DNA of 64,000 nucleotides, from NCBI GenBank assembly GCA_040756875.1, contig JBFLYH010000001.1:640001-704000 (forward strand). The letters run 5' to 3'. The translations under genes and the position numbers were made by a program. How positions within the stretch are numbered: position 1 is the first letter of the stretch; each line of letters begins with the position of its first letter. The notes under the pieces are model-generated. The model was not told where the DNA came from. It ran no database searches and saw only the letters and a program-made list of their open reading frames with translations. Shown here piece by piece: positions 55,507-64,000 of this stretch. This stretch comes from a candidate division FCPU426 bacterium. GTDB taxonomy: Bacteria > Oederibacteriota > JAAXVQ01 > JAUVAV01.

Positions 55507-56631
55507 TCAGGCCCTTTCGGGCGCGGCGGAAGCGCCAGACGCCATTCGGCCATAACGGTAATAGGCGGCGCAAGTGCCTTCGCTTGAAACCATGCACGGG
55601 CCTTGCGGCTCCTCCGGCGTGCAACCGGAGGCGAAGAGCGGGCATTGTCCGGGTAAGACCAGGGCTTGCAGCACTTCTCCACAGCGGCAGGCAGGATTTT
55701 CGACGGCCGCAGGCACCTGGGTTTCAGGATAAAGCCGGTCTGCGTCCCAGGCGCTGAATTCGGGACGGAGTTTAAGCCCGCTTTCGGGTATCCACCCCAA
55801 ACCCCGCCAGCGGGACGGGGACGGCTCGAACACCGATTCCCATAATTGCCGTGCCCGTAAAAGCCCGCCGGGTTTTACGCTGCGATGGTATTGGATCTCC
55901 ACCTCGGCCCGATGACCGCAGGATTGACGCAATAGCATCAACACCCCTGCCACCATGTCGCCGGGTTCGAATCCAGCCACTACGCAGGGCAAATGGTGGC
56001 TTTTGGCCAGAAACGCATAGGGCTCGGGGCCGATCATGACGCTGACATGGCCAGGGCAGAGCAGGCCGTCAAGTTTAAGGGCAGGCGACCGCAATAAAGC
56101 CGCCAAGGCAGGCGGCATCAATTTAAGTGCGCATAGGAACGACACGTTGTCAAGCCGGCGCTCGGCAGCCTGCAACACTGAAACCGCGATGGCAGGAATC
56201 GTCGTTTCGAATCCGATGGCCAGGAAGACAAAACGACGCTGCGGCTCTTGGGCGGCCCAGGCCAGAGCGTCCAGGGGCGAATAGGCGACCCTGACCTCCG
56301 CTCCACCGGCCCGTTCGCGCTCCAGCGACGATCTGCTGCCAGGAACGCGCAGCAGATCACCGAAAGTGACGATGACCACATCTTGAAGGCGCGCCAGGGC
56401 CACGGCTTGGTCGATAAAATCCGCCGGGGTCACGCAGACCGGGCATCCAGGACCTGAGAGGAGCGAGATCGATTCCGGCAGCAAGGTGCGGAGGCCGGAA
56501 CGAAAAGCGGCCATGGTATGGGTGCCGCATACCTCCATATATTTGACGGGGCGGCCGAACTGCCGCGCGAGTTGATGCATTTCCAGCAATTGGGCCTTCA
56601 GACCTGGCGAGGGGGCCGGAGAAACTGTCAT
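55507..56631 (-). CDS. hypD: Hydrogenase maturation protein HypD
   Basis: MEVCGTHT, GPGCPVCVT, GFETT, PGHVS, GPCMVSSEGTCAAYY. Confidence 0.98.
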   Translation of the reverse strand: MTVSPAPSPGLKAQLLEMHQLARQFGRPVKYMEVCGTHTMAAFRSGLRTLLPESISLLSGPGCPVCVTPADFIDQAVALARLQDVVIVTFGDLLRVPGSRSSLERERAGGAEVRVAYSPLDALAWAAQEPQRRFVFLAIGFETTIPAIAVSVLQAAERRLDNVSFLCALKLMPPALAALLRSPALKLDGLLCPGHVSVMIGPEPYAFLAKSHHLPCVVAGFEPGDMVAGVLMLLRQSCGHRAEVEIQYHRSVKPGGLLRARQLWESVFEPSPSRWRGLGWIPESGLKLRPEFSAWDADRLYPETQVPAAVENPACRCGEVLQALVLPGQCPLFASGCTPEEPQGPCMVSSEGTCAAYYRYGRMASGASAAPERA

Positions 56632-56846
56632 AGCGTTGATTCCAATTCTTGTTGCAGGGAAAGATACTCGTCCAGATCCTCTTGGGTCCAACGTTGAATG
56701 GCGAACCCGGCGTGCACCAGAACAAAGTCACCCACTTGAACCTCGGGCAATAACCCCAGATGCACCTCGCGCCGGACGCCGTCGGTTTCGGCGGTGGCGG
56801 TCAAACCAGAACGGCGGATGATTTTCGCAGGGGCGGCTAGGCACAT
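56628..56846 (-). CDS. hypC: Hydrogenase chaperone HypC
   Basis: MCLAAP start; VGDFVLVHAGFAI. Confidence 0.95.
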   Translation of the reverse strand: MCLAAPAKIIRRSGLTATAETDGVRREVHLGLLPEVQVGDFVLVHAGFAIQRWTQEDLDEYLSLQQELESTL

Positions 56847-59140
56847 GGAACGGTCCTTTGCGGATGAGTGGTGGCGGGGTTGGCAATGGCGGCCAGGGCA
56901 ATAACTGCCTGCCCGAGAGACAATCCTCCGTCGTTGGCGGGGAAGAGCCGGGGATGGAAGACTTGCAAGCCGTTTTGCACGAGTTCCGTGCGGACCAACC
57001 CCAGCAATAAATCGTTTTGAAAAACTCCGCCACTCAAAACCACGCGATCTAAATGATGTTCCGCCGCCAGTATAACACACATCCGTGAAATCGCCCCGGC
57101 CAGCGTCCGATGGAACCGCATGGCCATTCGGGCCCGGTCATCATGAGTTTTAAGATCGCGCAAGAGTTCATGGAGCATCGGTTTGAAATCAAGGATCCGG
57201 CTTTTCCCGTTTTGGCTTATTTCAAAAGAATATAATGACTTTTCGGATTGTTCCGCCAAGGCTTGGAGGCGCACGGCTGCCTGGCCTTCATAGGTCAAGG
57301 TATGGTCAAAGCCTAGCAAGGCGGCAACTGCATCAAATAGCCGGCCTGCACTGGAGGTCACGGGAAAGGGATAAGCGGACTGTAGGAGTGCAGTGAGATG
57401 TTCTTTTTCGTAGGAGGTTAAGGAGGGCAAGCTGTTATGGACTTGAGTGCCCCAGTCACTGCCCAACAAGTCGAATAAGTAACTGACAGCCATGCGGGCA
57501 GGATGCAGGATGGCTTGTTCTCCCCCTGGAAGCGGCAGGGGTTTCAAATGACCAGCCCGTAAAAAACCATGGTAGGAGGCGATCAGAAATTCACCTCCCC
57601 ACAAGGTTTGATCAAGGCCATATCCACTGCCATCCCAAGCAACGCCAATGACCTTTTCCTGCAAGCCGTGTTCGGCCATGACAGCTGCAATATGGGCATG
57701 ATGATGCTGAACCGGGAGGCCCGTTTGGCCCAATGTTTGTGCCCAACGGGAGGAGTGGTAATCAGGATGCATATCATACGCAAGGTAACGGGGATTTATT
57801 TCCAGAAGGCTTTTCCAATCGGTTACTTGATGCTGATATGCCAGGAAGGAGGCATAGTCTGAAATATTCCCGAGGTGTTGTGATACCCATGCTTGGCGTC
57901 CTCGTGTCAGGCAGAAAGTGTTTTTTAAATCCCCACCACAAGCTAAAATCGACGGGCCATCAAGAGGGAGCTGACATACATCCGGGACATATCCTCGGGC
58001 ACGACGTATTACCACGTTCCCGAAATCGCTTGTTTTTATTACCGAATCGTCGCAAGTCCGCAATATGGGGCGATTATGGCACAAGGCGTAATCGGCGACT
58101 GGTCCAAGGATTCGTTTTAATTCAGTCTCATCCCGTACAATGGGCTCTTCCGAAAAATTGCCGCTGGTCATCACCAGCGGACTTATTTCTGCCAGCAGAA
58201 GGTGGTGCAAAGGAGTATAAGGCAGCATAACGCCTACATCCGGAGTGTCCGGTGAAAGAAGGTCAGGCAAAAGCGAAGCAGGCAGACGACGACAAATAAC
58301 GATAGGTAGTGATGGCAGCGATAATTCCCGGCGTATATTCTCAGTGACTTGGCAATTGGATTCGATCTGATCGATGCTGGCAAACATGACAGCCAATGGC
58401 TTGTGGGGGCGGTTTTTACGGGTCCTTAATTGTGCAATCACTTCAGGTTTTAAAGCATCGCAAGCCAAATGGTAGCCGCCGAGTCCTTTAATGGCTACAA
58501 TTGCCCCGGCAGCCAGCAAACGGGCGCTTTCCAGCAGGGGATCTCCATTTTGGACATTACCCGAGGCATCTACGAGAACCAATTTAGGGCCGCAGTTCGG
58601 ACAGGCATTTGGTTGGGCGTCAAACCGCCGGTCCATGGGATCCGAATATTCACTCTCGCATTCCTGGCATTGGGAAAAAACAGACATAGAAGTAAACGCT
58701 CGGTCATAGGGAAGATCGCGGATGATTGTAAATCGAGGCCCGCAATTGGTACAATTCGTGAATTCATAGCGATAACGCCGGTTGGAAGGCGTTTCAATCT
58801 CCACCCGGCATTGATCACATAAGGCTAAATCTGGTGGAAAGACCAATGAAGGCTCAGCTGATGGCAGGCTTTGATTGATTGAAAACGGAGGCATATTTGT
58901 AACTGGCAATTCCTCGAAAGTAATATGGTCTATCCTGGCTTGGGGAGGTGGCGACTCTTTTATTTTCATGAAAAACCTTTCAACAATGGCATTTTCGCCT
59001 TGAACCTCAACTTCAACACCTGCAGATGTGTTTTTAACCCCTCCTAAAAGACCCATAAAATTGGCATAACGAAAAATGGTGGGCCTGAAGCCAACGCCTT
59101 GGACACGTCCTGTTATTTTAGCCTTTATTCTTTGAATCAT
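56837..59140 (-). CDS. hypF: Carbamoyltransferase HypF
   Basis: GRVQGVGFRP, CTNCGPRF, KGLGGYHL, QHHHAH, SSAGRLFDA, NDGGLSLGQ. Confidence 0.98.
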   Translation of the reverse strand: MIQRIKAKITGRVQGVGFRPTIFRYANFMGLLGGVKNTSAGVEVEVQGENAIVERFFMKIKESPPPQARIDHITFEELPVTNMPPFSINQSLPSAEPSLVFPPDLALCDQCRVEIETPSNRRYRYEFTNCTNCGPRFTIIRDLPYDRAFTSMSVFSQCQECESEYSDPMDRRFDAQPNACPNCGPKLVLVDASGNVQNGDPLLESARLLAAGAIVAIKGLGGYHLACDALKPEVIAQLRTRKNRPHKPLAVMFASIDQIESNCQVTENIRRELSLPSLPIVICRRLPASLLPDLLSPDTPDVGVMLPYTPLHHLLLAEISPLVMTSGNFSEEPIVRDETELKRILGPVADYALCHNRPILRTCDDSVIKTSDFGNVVIRRARGYVPDVCQLPLDGPSILACGGDLKNTFCLTRGRQAWVSQHLGNISDYASFLAYQHQVTDWKSLLEINPRYLAYDMHPDYHSSRWAQTLGQTGLPVQHHHAHIAAVMAEHGLQEKVIGVAWDGSGYGLDQTLWGGEFLIASYHGFLRAGHLKPLPLPGGEQAILHPARMAVSYLFDLLGSDWGTQVHNSLPSLTSYEKEHLTALLQSAYPFPVTSSAGRLFDAVAALLGFDHTLTYEGQAAVRLQALAEQSEKSLYSFEISQNGKSRILDFKPMLHELLRDLKTHDDRARMAMRFHRTLAGAISRMCVILAAEHHLDRVVLSGGVFQNDLLLGLVRTELVQNGLQVFHPRLFPANDGGLSLGQAVIALAAIANPATTHPQRTVPCA

Positions 59141-59142
59141 AG

Positions 59143-59796
59143 TTAATAGTTAATAATCCATTCGCAGAAATCTAGTATTCCTCTATCCATCAAGGCAGAA
59201 ACTTGAAATATCTTGATTTTACTGTTAATTTCATGAATGAATCCTATTGTTGAATCCAGATCATATTTGAGATGGGGCAATAGATCTGTTTTAGTAATAA
59301 TAACAGCTTTAGCTTCATGAAAAAGTAGTGGATACTTAATTGGTTTGTCTTCCCCTTCAGTAACGCTTAGTACGGCTATTTTAGCATCTTCTCCAAGGTC
59401 AAATTCTGCTGGGCAAACCATATTTCCAACATTTTCAACAAAAATTAATTTAATTGCAGACAAATCCAAATCATTTAAAGCTTGGTGGATTAAACTAGCT
59501 TCTAAATGGCAAGAACCTCCTGTTAATAGCTGGCTAACTTTTATGCCCAATTTATCAAGTCTTTCAGAATCACGGGTGGTTTCTACATCACCTTCAAGAA
59601 CTGCAAATCTGATTTTTTTATTGAGCAGATGTTTATTCAATCCTTCTAGTAATGAAGTTTTTCCAGCACCTGGCGAACCGATTAAATTAAACATTTTTAT
59701 CATTTTGTTTTTCAATAAAGATTTGTTTTCTCTAGCGATGGAATTATTTTCATGAAGGATATCACGATATATTTTAATACTAATATTATTTAACAT
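59143..59796 (-). CDS. hypB: Hydrogenase nickel incorporation GTPase HypB
   Basis: GSPGAGKT, TGGSCHL, ENVGNMVCPAEFDLG, TEGEDKP.KYP, TKTD. Confidence 0.97.
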   Translation of the reverse strand: MLNNISIKIYRDILHENNSIARENKSLLKNKMIKMFNLIGSPGAGKTSLLEGLNKHLLNKKIRFAVLEGDVETTRDSERLDKLGIKVSQLLTGGSCHLEASLIHQALNDLDLSAIKLIFVENVGNMVCPAEFDLGEDAKIAVLSVTEGEDKPIKYPLLFHEAKAVIITKTDLLPHLKYDLDSTIGFIHEINSKIKIFQVSALMDRGILDFCEWIINY

Positions 59797-60170
59797 TAAT
59801 TGTTCTCCTCAATCTCAATAGATTCAATAAATAATTCTTTGCCATTTGTGATATCTATAGATATTGAATTGCATTTTACACAAACATATTTATTAAAGGG
59901 AATTTCTCCAGTATATCCGCAATTATTGCATGATATTTTTAATGGTATAATATCAATATTTAATTCAGATCCAAACAAATATGAATCGATAGTTAAAGTT
60001 CTATATGCAAATTTTAAATACTCTGGTATCACTTGGCGTAAACTCCCAATTTTAATATTTATTTTTTTTATTGAAGTATTTTTTTCATTATAATTACTTT
60101 TTAAAAAAATATTCTTTATCTCTGAATTAATTATATTAATTAAACTCGTGCATATAGAAAATTCATGCAT
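59796..60170 (-). CDS. hypA: Hydrogenase nickel metallochaperone HypA
   Basis: MHE start with AGAGG RBS, CNNC and CVKC, GKEL.I.SIE. Confidence 0.93.
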   Translation of the reverse strand: MHEFSICTSLINIINSEIKNIFLKSNYNEKNTSIKKINIKIGSLRQVIPEYLKFAYRTLTIDSYLFGSELNIDIIPLKISCNNCGYTGEIPFNKYVCVKCNSISIDITNGKELFIESIEIEENN

Positions 60171-61464
60171 TTTAACCTCTTTAAATAAATTAAATATTAA
60201 ATATTCCTTTTGTATCTTTAAAAAACACCAGTAAATGATAATGAATATTAAATAAATTAAAAAATTAACATTTTTAAAAACAAAAATACAACATGAATAA
60301 ATTTTAAATAAAAGTGATAATAAAGAGAGTAACATTATTAATAAATAAATATTTACTAATAATCACAAAATAAAATTTAGATTCTGCCAATTATTCAAAT
60401 ATTTTACTATAAATAATTTATTAAGTTTTACATTTAAAAAGCATGTTATTCAATATATCAGTATCCATGGGCTTGTTATATGTGGAATAGGTGAATGGTT
60501 TGCCCAGACATGTAAGCATCGACTTATGGTCTAGGGATTTACTCTATTAATACTATCAGACATGTTTTTAAATGAATCCGGAATGATATCGAATTGTCTG
60601 ATGCTAAATTTTATTTTAGGCAATTCATTATTCCGCATTCTCATTATTTAAGATACTCTTTTATTTTTAGTACCTATGGTATCCCTGGTCGACGTAAAGC
60701 CAGACTGTTTTCTTTGTTGTACGGCAATTGCATCATTCAGATAAACAAGTGATATACATATAATAAAACCATCCAAGCCTCGGAGAAAAGTCGATCGATC
60801 ATTTAAGACGTGTTTCGTAAGAATGTCATGCAATGTCTGATTCAATGAATTGAATTCAACGAAATTTTATTTTCAAAATAGTGTCTGAGAATCGCAGAAT
60901 CTTGAAATGAAATGATCTCTAAAATATCGTCGTTTCGGGATCCGATAAAGCCACAGGAATTTTAGCAAACAGAATAAAATGATGCCATGAATCAATTTGC
61001 CGACATTTTCTTAATGAAGTTATTATATAGGGAAGAAAGGAAAATTCAATGTAAACGTCAAACGTTGCAGTAAAAATCACCTATGTTGTGAGGCCCAAAA
61101 GTATTGTTGAAAGAAAAATAATATTATAGAGATATTACATAAATGAAATAATGGAAAATAATATAACATACTTAGAATAATGGTTTAATATGCATTATTG
61201 ATAAGGTGAATAAATGAATTACAAAATTAGATATTATGTAATTTCACGCATATAGAATAATATTATATTAATAGGAATAATGATTAAATGCGAGTATATT
61301 AACTTCATTGTGAATTTAAAATTATTGAATGGTTTCGTTTATTGTTGGGGATTTTTGTTGTTCGTACTTAATTAGGGATTGTTCTTTAGGCGGGAGGAGA
61401 GGGAACACTTTTCTATAATTGCTTCTTAGAATTTAAACATGGATGTGATAAAATTTCAAAACTT
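60171..61464. other. Very AT-rich divergent intergenic region
   Basis: Hand counts: 6/60 G+C at 60241-60300 and 7/60 at 60301-60360; no credible ORF; lies between divergent hypA and MCP. Confidence 0.8.
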
Positions 61465-62727
61465 ATGAATACCTTCAAACGGATAAATACTGCTGCGACA
61501 ATCGCATTCGTTTCGGGCGCTTCATGCGGTTTGTTGATATTTTGGTTATTGCTCATCTTCGACATTGCTCGATTACCAAAATGGTTTAGCGGAATGGCCG
61601 CTATTATCCTGGCTACCAGTCTATCCATTTGGTTAATAAAGCATTTTTTCACTCTTTCCTTGAAGAAAACCTCTGAATTACTAGGCGAAATAGCACTTTT
61701 CAAAGCCCCTACCACTTCCGACAAGTTCCGGGAAGTTTTTTTAAACGACGTAATCAATCGAGTTGTCGATCAATTGAAGGGACAGCAAAACACAAGTAAA
61801 CAAATACAGCAAACCTTGAACGGAATCATCGAAGGGTGGAATCGCACCCTTCGCACTCATCAGACGGATTGGGATCTTTGGCAGAAGCAACTGGCTTTGC
61901 TCAATCAGCATTTCGATCAAATCAAGTCCCAATGCAAGAAAATCCTGGTTGTCAATCAGTCCCTGATTAAATCGGATAACGGACTGGCCAGTTCGATGGA
62001 AGAAATGGCCAGAGATGTCATGCTAACCAGTCAGACGGCCAATGAGGGGATTCGTTCAGTTGGCAGGGAGATACGGGCTATTAGCGATTTAAAAACCACG
62101 ATGGGTTCTTCGGCGACGGTTATCAAAGATCTGGGAGAGCTTTCCAAGCATGTAGGACAGTTTATTTCCACTATTGCCGCCATAAGTCATCGCACGCAAT
62201 TGTTGGCATTGAATGCGGGTATTGAAGCAGCCCGCGCCGGCGAAGCAGGCCGCGGATTCTCCGTGGTGGCGAATGAAATCCGGACTTTATCCGAATCCTC
62301 AAAAAAAACCACCGAGGATATCGCCGCCCTTATCAGGGAGATCGAACAAAGAACCCAAAATGTCATCGATTTGATGCAAAATACCAAAAAACTCGAGGAG
62401 AATATACGCGTCGTTTACACGGCAGGCGATACCTTCATGGATATTGTACGGGAAGTGAAGCAGATCCACACCGTGGTGGATCAGGTCAATCAGACTTTGC
62501 AGTCTACCAGCAATGATAGCGAATTGTTGTATGCAATGATGGTTAAATTAAAAGAAGAGATTGATAGAACTGACCGTTCGCTCCATATCGTCAACGAATC
62601 GAATAAGCACCAGCAAGAATCATGGGAAGCCATTCAGACTTTCAAAACAGAAACCGCAAACCAATTTCTCGATCCGGGCTCTCAACCGAATTTGGAATCC
62701 GGACGTCCTGATATACTTGACGCCTAA
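61465..62727 (+). CDS. Methyl-accepting chemotaxis protein
   Basis: Two N-terminal TMs; [35 protein letters not shown]. Confidence 0.92.
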   Translation: MNTFKRINTAATIAFVSGASCGLLIFWLLLIFDIARLPKWFSGMAAIILATSLSIWLIKHFFTLSLKKTSELLGEIALFKAPTTSDKFREVFLNDVINRVVDQLKGQQNTSKQIQQTLNGIIEGWNRTLRTHQTDWDLWQKQLALLNQHFDQIKSQCKKILVVNQSLIKSDNGLASSMEEMARDVMLTSQTANEGIRSVGREIRAISDLKTTMGSSATVIKDLGELSKHVGQFISTIAAISHRTQLLALNAGIEAARAGEAGRGFSVVANEIRTLSESSKKTTEDIAALIREIEQRTQNVIDLMQNTKKLEENIRVVYTAGDTFMDIVREVKQIHTVVDQVNQTLQSTSNDSELLYAMMVKLKEEIDRTDRSLHIVNESNKHQQESWEAIQTFKTETANQFLDPGSQPNLESGRPDILDA

Positions 62728-62773
62728 GGCCGATTCTTTTACAGTATAAGGGTGGGGAAAGGGGAAATCTCGA

Positions 62774-63127
62774 ATGAAAAATGTTGAGATGCAAGTTGAA
62801 ATGGCCGGTCCCAAGAAAGATATCGCGGTTATCAGAGTGTATGGTTATGTTGACTCTGATACTTCGCGAAGTGTCAGCAAGTTTTTAGAGGATGTGATTA
62901 AAAGCGGCCATTATCGCATTATTTTTGATTTGGAACGGACGGAATATATCAGCAGTGCCGGCTGGGGTATTTTTATTGGAGAAGTCAGAAGTCTTAGGGA
63001 AAACGGCGGGGATTTAAAACTGGCGGGAATGACGCCGGAAGTGGAAGAAATCTTTAAAATGCTGGAATTTTTCAATGTGTTAAAGTCATTTGATACGGTT
63101 AAAGCAGCCATTTCCGATTATGCCTGA
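62774..63127 (+). CDS. STAS domain anti-sigma factor antagonist
   Basis: GYVD, YISSAGWG (phosphorylatable Ser), GGDLKL. Confidence 0.92.
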   Translation: MKNVEMQVEMAGPKKDIAVIRVYGYVDSDTSRSVSKFLEDVIKSGHYRIIFDLERTEYISSAGWGIFIGEVRSLRENGGDLKLAGMTPEVEEIFKMLEFFNVLKSFDTVKAAISDYA

Positions 63128-63794
63128 AACAAGCCCTGCCTTGAAGTGGGCGGTTTTTCAAGTCGGTTTGCTGGAGACGAATTGTTACTTGGCTTGGGAT
63201 TCGGAAAGTCGGGAGGCTTTCGTTATTGATCCCGGTTCCCCCTCGAAAAGCCTGGAAGCGGCGATTGAGGCCAATGGGTTGCATTTAATAGCAATCATCA
63301 ACACCCACGGGCACTCAGATCATATCGGAGGAAACGCCCGTTTAAAAAAAATCACCGGCGCCCCGGTATATCTGCATCCCGATGACAGTGCGATCGCCGA
63401 GGACCCCAGGTCAAACCTTTCGATACGGTGGGGATTTCCCGTAAAATATCCTAAAATGGATAGAACTTTAATTCCCGGTGAAGACATCGTGCTGAATAAA
63501 ACCGAATTCAAAATATGGCATACACCCGGGCATACACCCGGCTCGATCTGTCTGGTTGCAAACGACTTTATCTTCACCGGTGATACTCTTTTTGCCCATT
63601 CGATTGGCAGAACTGACCTCCCGGGAGGAAATGCCCAACAAATGAGTGAAAGCATTAAAAAATTCAACGCAGTGAAAGACAATGTCGCCTTATTTCCAGG
63701 ACATGGTCCGCTCTCGACTTTCCTAAAGACAAGGCAGCAAAACCCCTTTCTCAACGCGCTTAGCGACATCGTACCGGAAGAGAGCATTCAATGA
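63120..63794 (+). CDS. MBL-fold metallo-hydrolase (glyoxalase II-like)
   Basis: TNCY, THGHSDHIGG, HTPGHTPG, GDTLF..SIGRTD, PGHG. Confidence 0.93.
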   Translation: MPETSPALKWAVFQVGLLETNCYLAWDSESREAFVIDPGSPSKSLEAAIEANGLHLIAIINTHGHSDHIGGNARLKKITGAPVYLHPDDSAIAEDPRSNLSIRWGFPVKYPKMDRTLIPGEDIVLNKTEFKIWHTPGHTPGSICLVANDFIFTGDTLFAHSIGRTDLPGGNAQQMSESIKKFNAVKDNVALFPGHGPLSTFLKTRQQNPFLNALSDIVPEESIQ

Positions 63795-64000
63795 AGATTA
63801 ATGAGATGTTTGTAGTTTTGTCATTTTTTATCTTTATAAATATTGGAAATTATTGCTTTGCCCAAAAGGCCGAATCAAATTATGCCATAGAGAATAATGA
63901 AAGCGACGGTCAAATCGTCTCTAACAGCCACTATCTTTCCGAATTGCGCATTCTTCATGAAGGAGCCATTTTCATATTCAAACGCTATGCCACCTTGGAA
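63791..64000 (+). CDS. Hypothetical exported protein, runs off the window end
   Basis: ATG overlaps previous stop; frame open to 64000 (MKINEMFVVLSFFIFINIGNYCFAQ...), signal-peptide-like. Confidence 0.55.
   Translation, partial: MKINEMFVVLSFFIFINIGNYCFAQKAESNYAIENNESDGQIVSNSHYLSELRILHEGAIFIFKRYATLE

Noticed and set aside
60171-60335. Hydrophobic N-terminal extension of HypA in the ORF track
   Set aside because: HypA needs the N-terminal MHE motif; an RBS precedes ATG 60170; the extension is translated AT-rich noncoding DNA.
60171-61464. oriC candidate; Rex or Fur boxes; 65-aa ORF at 60648-60845
   Set aside because: No perfect TTATCCACA boxes and no dnaA/dnaN nearby; Rex and Fur matches are half-sites expected in AT-rich DNA; the ORF has no recognisable features.

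Overview
A 64-kb, mostly GC-rich stretch of core chromosome from a diderm, probably anaerobic bacterium; the lineage cannot be assigned from this window. In order it holds: secA (5'-truncated), tRNA-Phe and tRNA-Thr, and rpsP-khpA-rimM-trmD-rplS-rnhB-yraN. Then come HU and an ATPase / RNase H-like exonuclease / degenerate OtsB trio. A TPR protein, outer-membrane barrel and ExbB-ExbD-TonB cluster follows, then a UvrD helicase-nuclease fusion and spoIID-queA. A ~10.8-kb signalling block separates queA from tgt-yajC. It encodes a GAF-GAF-GGDEF protein, a double-domain KaiC fused to a receiver domain, two paralogous histidine kinases, DUF72 and an MCP. After tgt-yajC lie miaB, a TPR-SPOR protein, a mutS apparently missing its mismatch-recognition domain, and an MFS transporter. 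An ~18.6-kb minus-strand cluster encodes hypABFCDE plus an Mrp-linked group 4 [NiFe]-hydrogenase with an AsrA/AsrB-like NAD(P) module. The window ends with an extremely AT-rich divergent intergenic region, a second MCP, a STAS protein and an MBL hydrolase. Best leads: the KaiC-REC / dual-kinase operon, whose promoter is flanked by inverted repeats and whose leader motif recurs upstream of rpsP; the in-frame mutS deletion; the NAD(P)-linked ion-translocating hydrogenase; and the smooth AT funnel across the hyp genes. No rRNA, CRISPR array, transposase or prophage was seen. All calls come from motif recognition by eye; no searches were run.
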